Source: an uncultured Chloroflexia bacterium
GTDB taxonomy: Bacteria; Chloroflexota; Ktedonobacteria; Ktedonobacterales; JADMIN01
NCBI GenBank assembly: GCA_963718915.1
Contig: CAVRAI010000003.1
Coordinates: 720,001 to 752,000, forward strand
Length of the DNA: 32,000 bases
Direction: 5' to 3'
The notes beneath the pieces are model-generated. The model was not told where the DNA came from. It searched no databases and saw only the letters and a program-made list of their open reading frames with translations. Below are positions 15,002-23,382 of the stretch, piece after piece (within the stretch, counting starts at the first letter, position 1; every line of letters starts with the position of its first letter). Made by a program: the position numbers and the translations under genes.

Positions 15002-15484
15002 CTATCGCCCTTCTACTATCGTGCCATCTGGATATTGCAGCCACTTATTTCCGCAGTATTTGCAGGTATATCCGTACTTGTATCCTTCGGTACGTGACAG
15101 TACGAACCACACAGGGATAGTAATGACAAGTCCGACGCCCACCATGATGATGCCTATCACTACTGCGAGTAGGAACGGAAAGTGTCGTCGATTGTCGTTA
15201 AGGTACGTATGGCAGCGAGGACATTGTGGACTTTGTCCTCGCCGTAACACTGGTGCTGTCCTTGTAATTGTCCCCTTTGATGTAACACCAGCCTTTGCTG
15301 CTCCAGTTGAAGATGATGTCATAACGCTAAACAGAAGGATTCCTAACCCCGCCAATCCAAGAGGAACACCCACATACAACAGATACAGACCAGGGAGGAA
15401 TGGTAAAAGTACGAGTCGGAAGTACAACACAATGCCAGCTAGCAGTAGTAGCACACCCAAGATTGTTAGTCGGGAGCTACGCAT
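15002..15484 (-). CDS. membrane protein with LITAF/SIMPLE-like split zinc ribbon
   Basis: ATG at 15484 with GGAGGG 7 nt upstream. N-terminal TM helices, then CPRC, 12 aa, a 26-aa hydrophobic segment (FLLAVVIGIIMVGVGLVITIPVWFVL), 11 aa, and CKYC. GC is low: a hand count of 15061-15120 gives 29/60. Confidence 0.6.
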   Translation of the reverse strand: MRSSRLTILGVLLLLAGIVLYFRLVLLPFLPGLYLLYVGVPLGLAGLGILLFSVMTSSSTGAAKAGVTSKGTITRTAPVLRRGQSPQCPRCHTYLNDNRRHFPFLLAVVIGIIMVGVGLVITIPVWFVLSRTEGYKYGYTCKYCGNKWLQYPDGTIVEGR

Positions 15485-15792
15485 GTTCGATCCCTCCCTG
15501 TGGCGACTTAACGTTGCGACCAATCGTAATTGATTGTGAGCAGAGTACCATGCGTGTCAAGCAATTTCCATACATCCACCACGACAATTAGAGATAATAG
15601 CGGCATGAACCGCGATCTAGAAACCTTAAGGCTTGCTTAGCAACGGCTGAGAGACGGCCTAGAACCATTCCATTCCGGCGGCGGACGTGTCATCCTGTAC
15701 TCAGGCAAATGCGCTCAGTCCATCTGGAGAACGACGGCGCATAACTACATGTCCAATACGGCAAAAAAGCCTGAAAGCGAGAATGATACGTC

Positions 15793-16512
15793 ATGCGAAA
15801 GAAAGTGCTTCTTGGCGTGGCCGGAGGGGTTCTGCTGGCTGTCGGTGTGCTGGCGGGCATGATTTTCGGCGACAATATTCGCGCGCTGGCCGCCGGGAAC
15901 AACAACGCGACCGCGCAGGCGACGCCGGGCAATCGCGCCAGCTACTGCCAGTTATATATGCAGACACTCGCCAGCGACCTGGGCGTCACCACTGACAAGC
16001 TGAAGAGCGCCAATCAGGACGCCGCGCAGAAGGTCGTCAATCAACTGGCCAGCGACGGCAAGATTACCGCCGCCCAGAAGGCCGAGTTGACCCAGGCGCT
16101 GCAGAAATACGGCAGCAATCCGTGCGCCTTCGTGAATATGCATGGCGCGGCCAAGGGTCTGCGTCCGGGGCTACCGGGCATCCAGCGGGCGCTTGCTCCG
16201 GCGCGGGCCGCCATCGAGTCGGCGGTTGCCAGCACGCTGAAGATTTCCACCAGCACGCTCGAGAGCGATCTGGCCGCCGGTCAGACGATTCCGCAAATCG
16301 CGGCGGCGCAGAAGGTGAATCTAAGCGACGTCAACACTGCCTATCTCAACGCCGTCAAGTCCCAGCTCAGCAGTGCGGTCAGCGCTGGCACGATCACCCA
16401 GGCGCAGTCGGACGCGGCCTATAGCAAGGCGCAGCAGGCCGTGCAGAGCGGTAGCTATCCGCTCCTGGGCATGCGCGGCCACAAGGGCCAGCCAGCCCCG
16501 CCCGCGCAATAG
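15793..16512 (+). CDS. secreted/anchored Ala-Gln-rich hypothetical protein
   Basis: N-terminal signal/anchor MRKKVLLGVAGGVLLAVGVLAGMIFG. Repeated helical (T/I)xAQ segments. Followed by a terminator hairpin. Confidence 0.65.
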   Translation: MRKKVLLGVAGGVLLAVGVLAGMIFGDNIRALAAGNNNATAQATPGNRASYCQLYMQTLASDLGVTTDKLKSANQDAAQKVVNQLASDGKITAAQKAELTQALQKYGSNPCAFVNMHGAAKGLRPGLPGIQRALAPARAAIESAVASTLKISTSTLESDLAAGQTIPQIAAAQKVNLSDVNTAYLNAVKSQLSSAVSAGTITQAQSDAAYSKAQQAVQSGSYPLLGMRGHKGQPAPPAQ

Positions 16513-16522
16513 CCGCAATAGT
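16505..16522. repeat. tandem duplication, 9-bp unit x2 (CGCAATAGC/CGCAATAGT) spanning the stop codon
   Basis: Read directly. The TAG stop (16510-16512) is duplicated at 16519-16521. Confidence 0.85.
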
Positions 16523-16540
16523 CGGATAAGCCGAAAGGGT

Positions 16541-16570
16541 CGCCTCTCCTGTTGGGGAGGCGGCTGTTTC
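16541..16570. terminator. hairpin terminator between convergent genes
   Basis: CGCCTCTCC-TGTT-GGGGAGGCG (9-bp stem with one G-U pair) followed by GCTGTTTCG. Lies between the 16512 and 16610 gene ends. Confidence 0.6.
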
Positions 16571-16609
16571 GTGTACTCAAACTTCAATCCTGGTGGGTTT
16601 CGACCGATT

Positions 16610-17176
16610 TCAATAATATTTCTCGATGCCGCCGTAACCGACTTGCTTGCCTTTCTCCAGGCTCGCGATCAGGCTTTGGAGGCGCTTTGCGAATTCATCT
16701 GGTCGGCTCCTGGCCCCCTCGACAAACGCCACTCGAAGCCGCTGATAGGCTGGTGAGAACCGCTGAAAGTTTTGATAGGCTAATGGGTTTGCCTTGATCG
16801 CCCGCATGATGTCATCGGGAAAGACGAAATCCTTCTCAATCTCAGGTCTCACCGCCTCCAGGACATGCGGCAGGAGCTGATTCGTCTCTGCAAGATGCCT
16901 CAGCCTCTCGATGTTGGGCTGGGAGTAGTGACCTTTTGTCTTGCGCGGCGTGAATCGTTGCACGGTACTGTCGTTGCCAAAGGGTTTTTGGATGCTGTCG
17001 ATCCAGCCAAAGCAGAGCGCCTGTTCAACCGAATCGTTGTACGAGATTCTTGGCTTGCCCGATGATTTCCTGGGAAGGACCAGCCAGATCTCCGACTTTT
17101 TATCCCAGTTGTTGGCGAGCCACGTCCGCCACTCTTGCGGGTCAGCGGTATAGAACGTTTCAGTGATCTCTGGCAT
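16610..17176 (-). CDS. YdeI/OmpD-associated family protein
   Basis: WR.WL..N......IWLV, ISYNDSVEQALCFGWIDS and RFTPRK are characteristic of the YdeI (DUF1801-associated) family. GC is lower than in the flanks. Confidence 0.75.
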   Translation of the reverse strand: MPEITETFYTADPQEWRTWLANNWDKKSEIWLVLPRKSSGKPRISYNDSVEQALCFGWIDSIQKPFGNDSTVQRFTPRKTKGHYSQPNIERLRHLAETNQLLPHVLEAVRPEIEKDFVFPDDIMRAIKANPLAYQNFQRFSPAYQRLRVAFVEGARSRPDEFAKRLQSLIASLEKGKQVGYGGIEKYY

Positions 17177-17224
17177 AGCTGTGAAGCGTGTGCTGCCTCC
17201 CTAGAGAGTGGGCCGCTACTGAAT

Positions 17225-18664
17225 CTACTGGCGTGGGTGTGACGGCGGCGCGGGGATATTCGCCGAGCTATCCTGGGCGGCGGGCAGCGCCAGCGGAGTA
17301 TTGCTACCAGATGGGGCCTCACTGGCCCCGTTACTTGGTTGCGCGGGTGGCAGGCCACGCTCGACACGCAGCTTGGTGATACGCCGCCCCTTGGTGCCGA
17401 GCACGGTGAACGCCATATCCTCGTAGCGCACGGTATCGTTCACGCTCGGTATCTTATCTAGCTCCGAGATGACGAAGCCGCCGACGGTCTCATAGCCGTC
17501 CTCCGGCAGTTCCCGCTCCACCAGTTCCTCGAACTCATCCAGGCTCACCTTGGCATCGAGGATGAAGTCGTTCTCGCCAAGCTTCTCGAAGAGCTGCTCC
17601 TCGACGTCGTACTCATCCTGAATATCGCCGATGATCTCTTCCACCAGGTCTTCAATCGTGACGAGGCCCGCGACTGAACCGTACTCATCCACCACGATAG
17701 CGATATGGACGCGCTGGCTCTGCATCTCGCGCAGCAGGTCGTCCAGCCGTTTAGATTCGGGGACGAAGAACGGCGGGCGCACCATCTCGCGTATCGTCGC
17801 CTGCTGGTCCATCGCATAGATGCGCAGCAGATCCTTGGCGTAGAGCACGCCGATGATGTTATCTATCGAATCCTCATAGACAGGGATACGCGACTGGCCG
17901 CCCTGCAGAATGACCTGGGTGGCGGCGCGAATGTCGTCATCCGCCTCGACCGTCACCATATCGATGCGCGGCACCATGATTTCGCGCACGGCGGTATCCG
18001 AGAGGTCGAAGACGTTGTCGATCATCTCGCGCTCTTCCTCTTCGAGCACGCCCTCTTCCTCGCCAACCTCCACCAGCAGCCGCAGCTCATCTTCGGTGAC
18101 GAACTGGGTGCTGTAGTGACTGCCACGACCGCCGAAGAGCCGCACCATACCCGATGTCACCCAGGTGAGCGCGATAACCAGTGGCCGCAGCACGAACATG
18201 ATCGCCTCGACAGGCCCGACCAGCCAGCGTGCCCAGCGTTCCGGCGCGAGCACGGCGATGCTCTTGGGGGTGATCTCGCAGAAAATCAGCACGACCAGCG
18301 AGAGCAGCACGGTGGAGATGATCTCGGCGCCATTGAAATCGAGGTCTACCGCGATGATGGTGGCGAGCGTCGATCCGGTGATGACCGCGACGTTGCTGAC
18401 AATCAGAATCGTCGTCAAAAAGTTCTGCGGCTTCTGGAGCAGTTTGGTGATGCGCCGGGCTTTGGCGTCACCTTCCTCCGCCAGATTGCGGATGCGCAGC
18501 CGATTGACCGAGGTGAGCGCGGTCTCAGCGCCAGCGGAGATCGCCGCGACAATCAGCGTGAGAAACAGAAAAAATAGCAAAACCCAGTCATGCGGCTGAA
18601 AACCTCTCGCCCCAGCCGCCGCAAGTGTGAACAGACCCGCTAAGCCTGTACTGTCGCTCTCCAC
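17225..18664 (-). CDS. CNNM/HlyC-CorC family transporter (DUF21 + CBS pair + CorC_HlyC)
   Basis: N-terminal DUF21 TM region (SAGAETALTSVNRLRIRNLAEEGD), a CBS pair (REIMVPRIDMV...; IAIVVDEYGSVAGLVTIEDLVEEIIGDIQDEYD) and a C-terminal CorC_HlyC domain. GTG start 9 nt after the glmU stop. Confidence 0.92.
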   Translation of the reverse strand: MESDSTGLAGLFTLAAAGARGFQPHDWVLLFFLFLTLIVAAISAGAETALTSVNRLRIRNLAEEGDAKARRITKLLQKPQNFLTTILIVSNVAVITGSTLATIIAVDLDFNGAEIISTVLLSLVVLIFCEITPKSIAVLAPERWARWLVGPVEAIMFVLRPLVIALTWVTSGMVRLFGGRGSHYSTQFVTEDELRLLVEVGEEEGVLEEEEREMIDNVFDLSDTAVREIMVPRIDMVTVEADDDIRAATQVILQGGQSRIPVYEDSIDNIIGVLYAKDLLRIYAMDQQATIREMVRPPFFVPESKRLDDLLREMQSQRVHIAIVVDEYGSVAGLVTIEDLVEEIIGDIQDEYDVEEQLFEKLGENDFILDAKVSLDEFEELVERELPEDGYETVGGFVISELDKIPSVNDTVRYEDMAFTVLGTKGRRITKLRVERGLPPAQPSNGASEAPSGSNTPLALPAAQDSSANIPAPPSHPRQ

Positions 18665-18673
18665 TTTCTTGTA

Positions 18674-20209
18674 TTACTCCTTCACATCGCGTTCCGTGGC
18701 AGGCGATGCCCCGCCGCGTGGCGATGTGGTGTCGGTATCCGCCGAATCCGCCGTGGTCGCTGTGTTGGCCTCGGCAGGGTTCGTGCTGGATGGCGCGGCA
18801 GTTGACTGCGCGCCGTTTTTGGCGCGTCGCATACGGGCGGGCATGCCGACGGCCAGGCCGCCGGATGGCACATCCCGCGTCACGACGGAGCCTGCGCCAG
18901 TTCTGGCTCCGTCCCCCAAAGTTACCGGCGCGATGAGCATCGTATCGCTGCCGATAAACACATCATCCCCTACTTCTGTATGATACTTCTTCCCGTCCGG
19001 CTCAAAATTGCACGTGATGACGCCCGCCGCCACATTTGTGCGCGCGCCAATCGTGGCGTCGCCGACGTAGCTGAAGTGGTGCATCTGCACATCATCACCC
19101 AGCGTCGCATTTTTTACCTCGGCAAAATTGCCGATATGCGCGCCGGGACCAATCTCCGCTCCGGGCCGCAGCCGACTCATCGGGCCGACACGCGCACCGC
19201 TCTGCATGCGCGCGCCTTCGAGCCACGAGCCATGAACCCGGCAATCGTCGGCGATGACGCTATCCTGAATGACGCTGTAGGGGCCAATCTCGCAGCGCTC
19301 GCCGATCACCGTCCCGCCGCGCAGTGTTGTGCCGTGGCGCAGAATCGTATCCTGGCCGACGCGCACGCCCGCCTCGACATAGGTGGTCGCGGGGTCTTCG
19401 ATGGTGACGCCGCTCAGCATCAGCTCGCGCAGCACCCGCTGGCGCAAAACGGCCTCGGCCTCGGCAAGCTGGATGCGGTCATTGACTCCGGCAGCCTCCT
19501 CGATGCTGGCCCGCTGGGTGGCGACGGTCAGCCCCTCGTCCAGCGCCATCGCGACGAGGTCGGTCAGGTAATACTCGCCGTTGTCGTGCGCGGTGAGTCG
19601 TGGCAGATGGGCGGCCAGCCATGCCGTCTGGAAGCAGTAGATGCCAGAGTTGATCTCGCGAATCGCCAGCTCCGCGTTGGTGGCGTACTTCGCCTCGACG
19701 ATGCCGCGCACATGCCCGCGTTCGTCGCGCAGCACTCGGCCATACTCGCCCGGCTCGTCGGTGAACCCGGTGAGGAAGGTGAGCGTCGCGCCGTTGCGCT
19801 GGTGTTCCGCCAGCAGGGCGCGCAGGGTCTCCGGGCGCATCAGCGGCGTATCGCCGTAGAGGACGAGCATGGTCTCGGGCATGGTCTCAGGCTCGAAGCC
19901 GGAAAGGCCGATGCGGGCGGCGTCGCCGGTGCCGCATTGTGGCTCCTGGACGACGAAGCGCAGGTCGCCGTGTGCTGGCTGCCAGTGGAGGCTGGCGCGG
20001 ACGGCGTCGCGTTCGTGGCCGGTGACGACGACATAGCGGGGCGCGCTGCTGTCCGCTTCCTCGGCGGTGGGTACGAAGGCGCTATCGGCGGCGCGCAACA
20101 CGTGTTCGAGCAGAGGGCGACCGGCGACATGGTGGGCGACTTTGGGTGTGCGCGAGCGCATACGGGTCCCCTTGCCCGCGGCCAGGAGGAGAACCCCGAC
20201 AGGCCTCAT
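18674..20209 (-). CDS. glmU: bifunctional UDP-N-acetylglucosamine pyrophosphorylase / glucosamine-1-phosphate N-acetyltransferase GlmU
   Basis: LLAAGKGTRMRS..PKV, YGDTPL and a left-handed beta-helix hexapeptide region (IGPGAHIGNFAEVKN...). Preferred start is the ATG at 20209 (MRPVGVLLL). Ends in a low-complexity Thr/Ala/Ser tail of about 50 aa. Confidence 0.92.
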   Translation of the reverse strand: MRPVGVLLLAAGKGTRMRSRTPKVAHHVAGRPLLEHVLRAADSAFVPTAEEADSSAPRYVVVTGHERDAVRASLHWQPAHGDLRFVVQEPQCGTGDAARIGLSGFEPETMPETMLVLYGDTPLMRPETLRALLAEHQRNGATLTFLTGFTDEPGEYGRVLRDERGHVRGIVEAKYATNAELAIREINSGIYCFQTAWLAAHLPRLTAHDNGEYYLTDLVAMALDEGLTVATQRASIEEAAGVNDRIQLAEAEAVLRQRVLRELMLSGVTIEDPATTYVEAGVRVGQDTILRHGTTLRGGTVIGERCEIGPYSVIQDSVIADDCRVHGSWLEGARMQSGARVGPMSRLRPGAEIGPGAHIGNFAEVKNATLGDDVQMHHFSYVGDATIGARTNVAAGVITCNFEPDGKKYHTEVGDDVFIGSDTMLIAPVTLGDGARTGAGSVVTRDVPSGGLAVGMPARMRRAKNGAQSTAAPSSTNPAEANTATTADSADTDTTSPRGGASPATERDVKE

Positions 20210-20337
20210 ACGAATGCGATCACTCCCTAATATATGCGGCAGATCGATTGCCGCGCTGCCAGTACTGGCACATCCTGATTTGTTGCTGTGAGCGCTGGCG
20301 CGAACCACCAGCGGCGCTCATTGCTATCGAGACAAAC

Positions 20338-20411
20338 TGGCTCCGGCGCCAGGATTCGAACCTGGGATCGTGGATCCAAAGTCCACTGCCTTACCACTTG
20401 GCCACGCCGGA
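20338..20411 (-). tRNA. tRNA-Gln (anticodon UUG), CCA encoded
   Basis: Hand-folded cloverleaf: acceptor stem UCCGGCG/CGCCGGA, 3-bp D stem GCC/GGC, anticodon stem GUGGA/UCCAC with loop CUUUGGA, T arm CCAGG-UUCGAAU-CCUGG, discriminator G plus CCA. 74 nt. Confidence 0.93.
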
Positions 20412-20533
20412 ATGGTGCGCAATTTCACCCTGATAGTTTATCACATAAGCCCTACAGCGCAAGGTTGGGGCTGATAGAATCGCCATAGATAGCGCGATGA
20501 TGGACGCGCAATACGACATTTCACAGCGTCCGA

Positions 20534-20562
20534 TTGACGCGCCAGCCAATCAGGCGTAGAGT
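20534..20562 (+). promoter_or_regulatory. sigma70-type promoter module TTGACG-N17-TAGAGT (copy 1)
   Basis: -35 at 20534-20539, -10 at 20557-20562, about 45 nt upstream of the ATG at 20608. The same ~41-nt block recurs at 21319 and, diverged, at 22047. Confidence 0.6.
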
Positions 20563-20607
20563 ATCGCCACGTCAGGACATCACCCCGTAAATGGAAAGTG
20601 CGTCACC

Positions 20608-21324
20608 ATGCAATCGCCGCCACCACGACATCCGCACCGATTGCGCCAACTGAAGAAGCCCTGGCCGATGCTGCTGATAAGTGGCATTGCATTGGCCGTC
20701 GTAGTCGCGAGTAGTTGCGGTATTGGGTGGGTCAATCTAGTCATCAATCCCACTCCCACCATGCCTGCCATTATCGTTCAAGGCGGTGACCAGCCGCTGG
20801 ATACGCCTTTGCCGGTAGATAACGCCATTTTCGCCCCCACCCTTGGTGGCACGCCCGATGACTTCCTGCTGCAATATGGCCCGGCAACCGATAGCAGCGG
20901 CCTCACGTATGCGGGCGCCGTTGCTGGAAAGCAGGTACGCATCCTGCTGACGCTGGATGCCCCGAGTGACAGCGTTGATGACGAGTCCCACGTTCTCATC
21001 GTCGATGTGCAGGTACCTGCTGATGCGCTTGGCATAGAGACGTGGAGTGCCGCCACAGCGGATGCCATCGCCCGCACCTTCCTTCCTGCTGACGCGCAGT
21101 TCCAGGGTCTTGTCACCACAGATGGGATTGCCGCCCATCTCTACCATGTCTATCACAGCGAGGGGCTGGCTGCGACCTTCGTGCCTGACGGGTTCACAAC
21201 GGATACGCAAAGTGTCAGCAATGCCAACTACGAGTGCCATGCATGGCCGTCCTCTGCTTCTGCAGCGGCACACAGCTATGGCGAGTGCCGTATCACTCTC
21301 GGCACAGGCGCCAATGCGGATTGA
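20608..21324 (+). CDS. membrane-anchored hypothetical protein, paralog 1
   Basis: RBS GGAAAG 9 nt upstream. Basic N-terminus, one TM helix (MLLISGIALAVVVASSCGIGWV) and an extracytoplasmic domain with TLGG, ETW.A.TADAIA..FLP.DAQ and a C-terminal Cys pair (YECHAWP...GECRI). Confidence 0.75.
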   Translation: MQSPPPRHPHRLRQLKKPWPMLLISGIALAVVVASSCGIGWVNLVINPTPTMPAIIVQGGDQPLDTPLPVDNAIFAPTLGGTPDDFLLQYGPATDSSGLTYAGAVAGKQVRILLTLDAPSDSVDDESHVLIVDVQVPADALGIETWSAATADAIARTFLPADAQFQGLVTTDGIAAHLYHVYHSEGLAATFVPDGFTTDTQSVSNANYECHAWPSSASAAAHSYGECRITLGTGANAD

Positions 21325-21349
21325 CGCGCCAGCCAATCAGGCGTAGAGT
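21321..21349 (+). promoter_or_regulatory. promoter module TTGACG-N17-TAGAGT (copy 2)
   Basis: -35 at 21321-21326 overlaps the paralog-1 stop codon (TGA 21322-21324). -10 at 21344-21349. Identical to copy 1 across the core. Confidence 0.6.
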
Positions 21350-21395
21350 ATCGCCACGTTACGGTGTCACACTCGCGAATGGAGAGTGCGCTGTC

Positions 21396-22052
21396 ATGGA
21401 GTCACCGCCGCCACGGGATGAAAACCCGCACGAGAGTTCGACCATTCCGGTACCCGTCTTCGTTGGCGTGGTGTTGCTGCTGGCGCTGGCGTTCATCTGC
21501 GGGATAGGCGCTGTCGGCGTGATTCCCTCGATTCGCGGGCTGAAGCCCCCCATTCCCACCGCTACCATCCCACCGCCGCGGGCGATGGCTACGCTTGGCG
21601 GCGCCCTCGGCGACTTTACGCAGCGCTACGGCAACTCGACCGACGATAGCGGCCTCTCGTACGAGGCGATACTGGCGGGTCAGCGGGTGCGTATCGTGGT
21701 GGCGCTGGATGACGCAAGCCAGAGCCGCGATGGGCAGCAACACGTCATCGCGATTGACGTACAGCCGCCCAGTGATGCGCTTGGGGTTGAGACGTGGGAC
21801 GCTACTACGGCAGACGCGATAGCGCATTTCTTTCTGCCGGTTGATGCGCAGCTCCGGCGGACCGTCACCATAAATGGCGACACCTACCACATCTACTTCA
21901 GCGACGAGATGGCCGCGATCATGGCGCCCGGCCAGTATACCAACGCTCCCGGTAGCCTCAACTACTCCTGTCACGCCTGGCCGCCCTCCGCAACGGCTAC
22001 AGGCTATGGCCAGTGCCACATCGCCATCGGCACAGGCGTGGATCCCAATTGA
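21396..22052 (+). CDS. membrane-anchored hypothetical protein, paralog 2
   Basis: Start is the ATG at 21396 (MESPPPRDE) with GGAGAG 9 nt upstream; the track start at 21234 overlaps paralog 1. One TM helix. About 50% aa identity to paralog 1 by eye, with the same TLGG, FLP.DAQ and Cys-pair motifs. Confidence 0.75.
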   Translation: MESPPPRDENPHESSTIPVPVFVGVVLLLALAFICGIGAVGVIPSIRGLKPPIPTATIPPPRAMATLGGALGDFTQRYGNSTDDSGLSYEAILAGQRVRIVVALDDASQSRDGQQHVIAIDVQPPSDALGVETWDATTADAIAHFFLPVDAQLRRTVTINGDTYHIYFSDEMAAIMAPGQYTNAPGSLNYSCHAWPPSATATGYGQCHIAIGTGVDPN

Positions 22053-22077
22053 CGCGCCAGCCCAGGAAGCGTAGAGT
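22049..22077 (+). promoter_or_regulatory. promoter module TTGACG-N17-TAGAGT (copy 3, spacer diverged)
   Basis: -35 at 22049-22054 overlaps the paralog-2 stop. -10 at 22072-22077. Confidence 0.5.
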
Positions 22078-22180
22078 AGACGCACTAGACTGAACGCTCG
22101 TATGAGATTGAAGGTGGCCATGAACCGGCGCGACGGGTTGGGGCATCTCTGCATGTGCCATCGCAGGAGGAAGGTAGACA

Positions 22181-22801
22181 TTGGGTAGCAGCAATGCGTC
22201 CGACACGTCCGGTACGCCCCCGCAGCCTGCAATCCCGCAGGACTTGGCGACGCTCGGCGGTAGTGTGTTCGCCTTCCACGATAAACTTGGGGCCAATGGC
22301 CGCCTTTTCGAGAATGGCTGGATATACCAGGGGCCACATGGTCGGATGTGGACAGGCGTGGACACTGGCGACGATATGATGACCGACATGGGCGGCGCCT
22401 TCGAGGCAACGTCCACACGTCGCGTCCTATGCATTTTCCATGTCGGCCAGTTTCTCCACACTGCGTGGACCGTCAGCCAAGCGCAAGCGATTTGTCGCAG
22501 CTTCCTCCCGCCAGATGCGCAACTCATGGATACCGCCGATGTATACGACGTCTCACAGTCTTACCTGATTGGGCTGGAGCAGCACTACTTCAGTGCAAGC
22601 TTGGCAAACACCCTGCCAGCCGGCGTTTTCAAAGATGTGAACGGGAATCTGCTCACGCCCGGGAGGTTCTACATCTACTACGAGTTCGAGTTCACTCCCG
22701 AGATGATACGCACGCTACGCCGTGAGTCCATCACCTCACAGGTGGACGTGTGTACCCTGAGCACGGATGAAACCCATAAGAATCCGTATAAACCCGATTA
22801 A
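22181..22801 (+). CDS. divergent paralog 3 lacking the TM anchor (possibly degenerate)
   Basis: TTG start 10 nt after GGAGG. Retains TLGG and W..S.AQAICRSFLPPDAQL. The position-equivalent ATG (22121) opens only a 22-codon ORF (MNRRDGLGHLCMCHRRRKVDIG*) in another frame. Confidence 0.5.
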   Translation: MGSSNASDTSGTPPQPAIPQDLATLGGSVFAFHDKLGANGRLFENGWIYQGPHGRMWTGVDTGDDMMTDMGGAFEATSTRRVLCIFHVGQFLHTAWTVSQAQAICRSFLPPDAQLMDTADVYDVSQSYLIGLEQHYFSASLANTLPAGVFKDVNGNLLTPGRFYIYYEFEFTPEMIRTLRRESITSQVDVCTLSTDETHKNPYKPD

Positions 22802-22852
22802 CCTTGTCCTTCTGAATCCCATCGGGAGATTCAGTCAGAGGAGATGTGTCAG

Positions 22853-23041
22853 ATGGCAGACGAGTGGGAGCACGAGACTGAGGTGTTGAAGCCTGATGAT
22901 ATGGCAGTGCGGCTGAACGAGCTTGCAGAGGCGGGATGGGAGTTGGTCAGTCTTGCGCCCTGCGAGATGCTGCGCAGTCTCTCAAATAGGAAGGTTTCCA
23001 CAACACAGTATCTTGCTGTTTTCAAGCGCCGCAAGCCGTAG
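22853..23041 (+). CDS. DUF4177-like small protein
   Basis: ATG at 22853 with GAGGAG 9 nt upstream. LNELAEAGWELVSL...YLAVFKRR matches the DUF4177 pattern (GWELV...FKR). Confidence 0.6.
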   Translation: MADEWEHETEVLKPDDMAVRLNELAEAGWELVSLAPCEMLRSLSNRKVSTTQYLAVFKRRKP

Positions 23042-23382
23042 GTGACCTCATTACGATCTGCGCTCTATAACCCCGGCAACCCTCCGCCGATACCTCAGCA
23101 ACACCAAATATTGACCCCTGATTGATACAACATGTGTATGACATTGGCGCACTGCTTTTCCGCCTCCGCGCCGTGTTGGCGTATTCACTATTTCGGTACC
23201 AGACACGCCTCCTCTACACCCAAGTTACACGTGTGTACGCATACGTTGAGCATCACTGATTGCTACTCTAGGGTAAATGGTTGGAATGTGCCCTTCGCCA
23301 GACATGCTTCTGGCGCGTGTCTGGCGTGTTTCGGAATACAGTCATGACAAGCGGGCGATATGGTGTTGGAGAGGTGTGAGTC

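Noticed and set aside
17705-18577. 290-aa plus-strand ORF antisense to the CNNM/CorC gene
   Set aside because: Shadow ORF opposite a confidently identified gene, with low-complexity Arg/Asp/His composition.
18980-20230. 416-aa plus-strand ORF antisense to glmU
   Set aside because: Shadow ORF. glmU on the minus strand is unambiguous.
20338-20607. tRNA-Gln as the integration site for the paralog/DUF4177 segment
   Set aside because: The tRNA 3' end faces glmU, not the paralog genes. No duplicated tRNA 3' fragment and no integrase gene were seen in the window.
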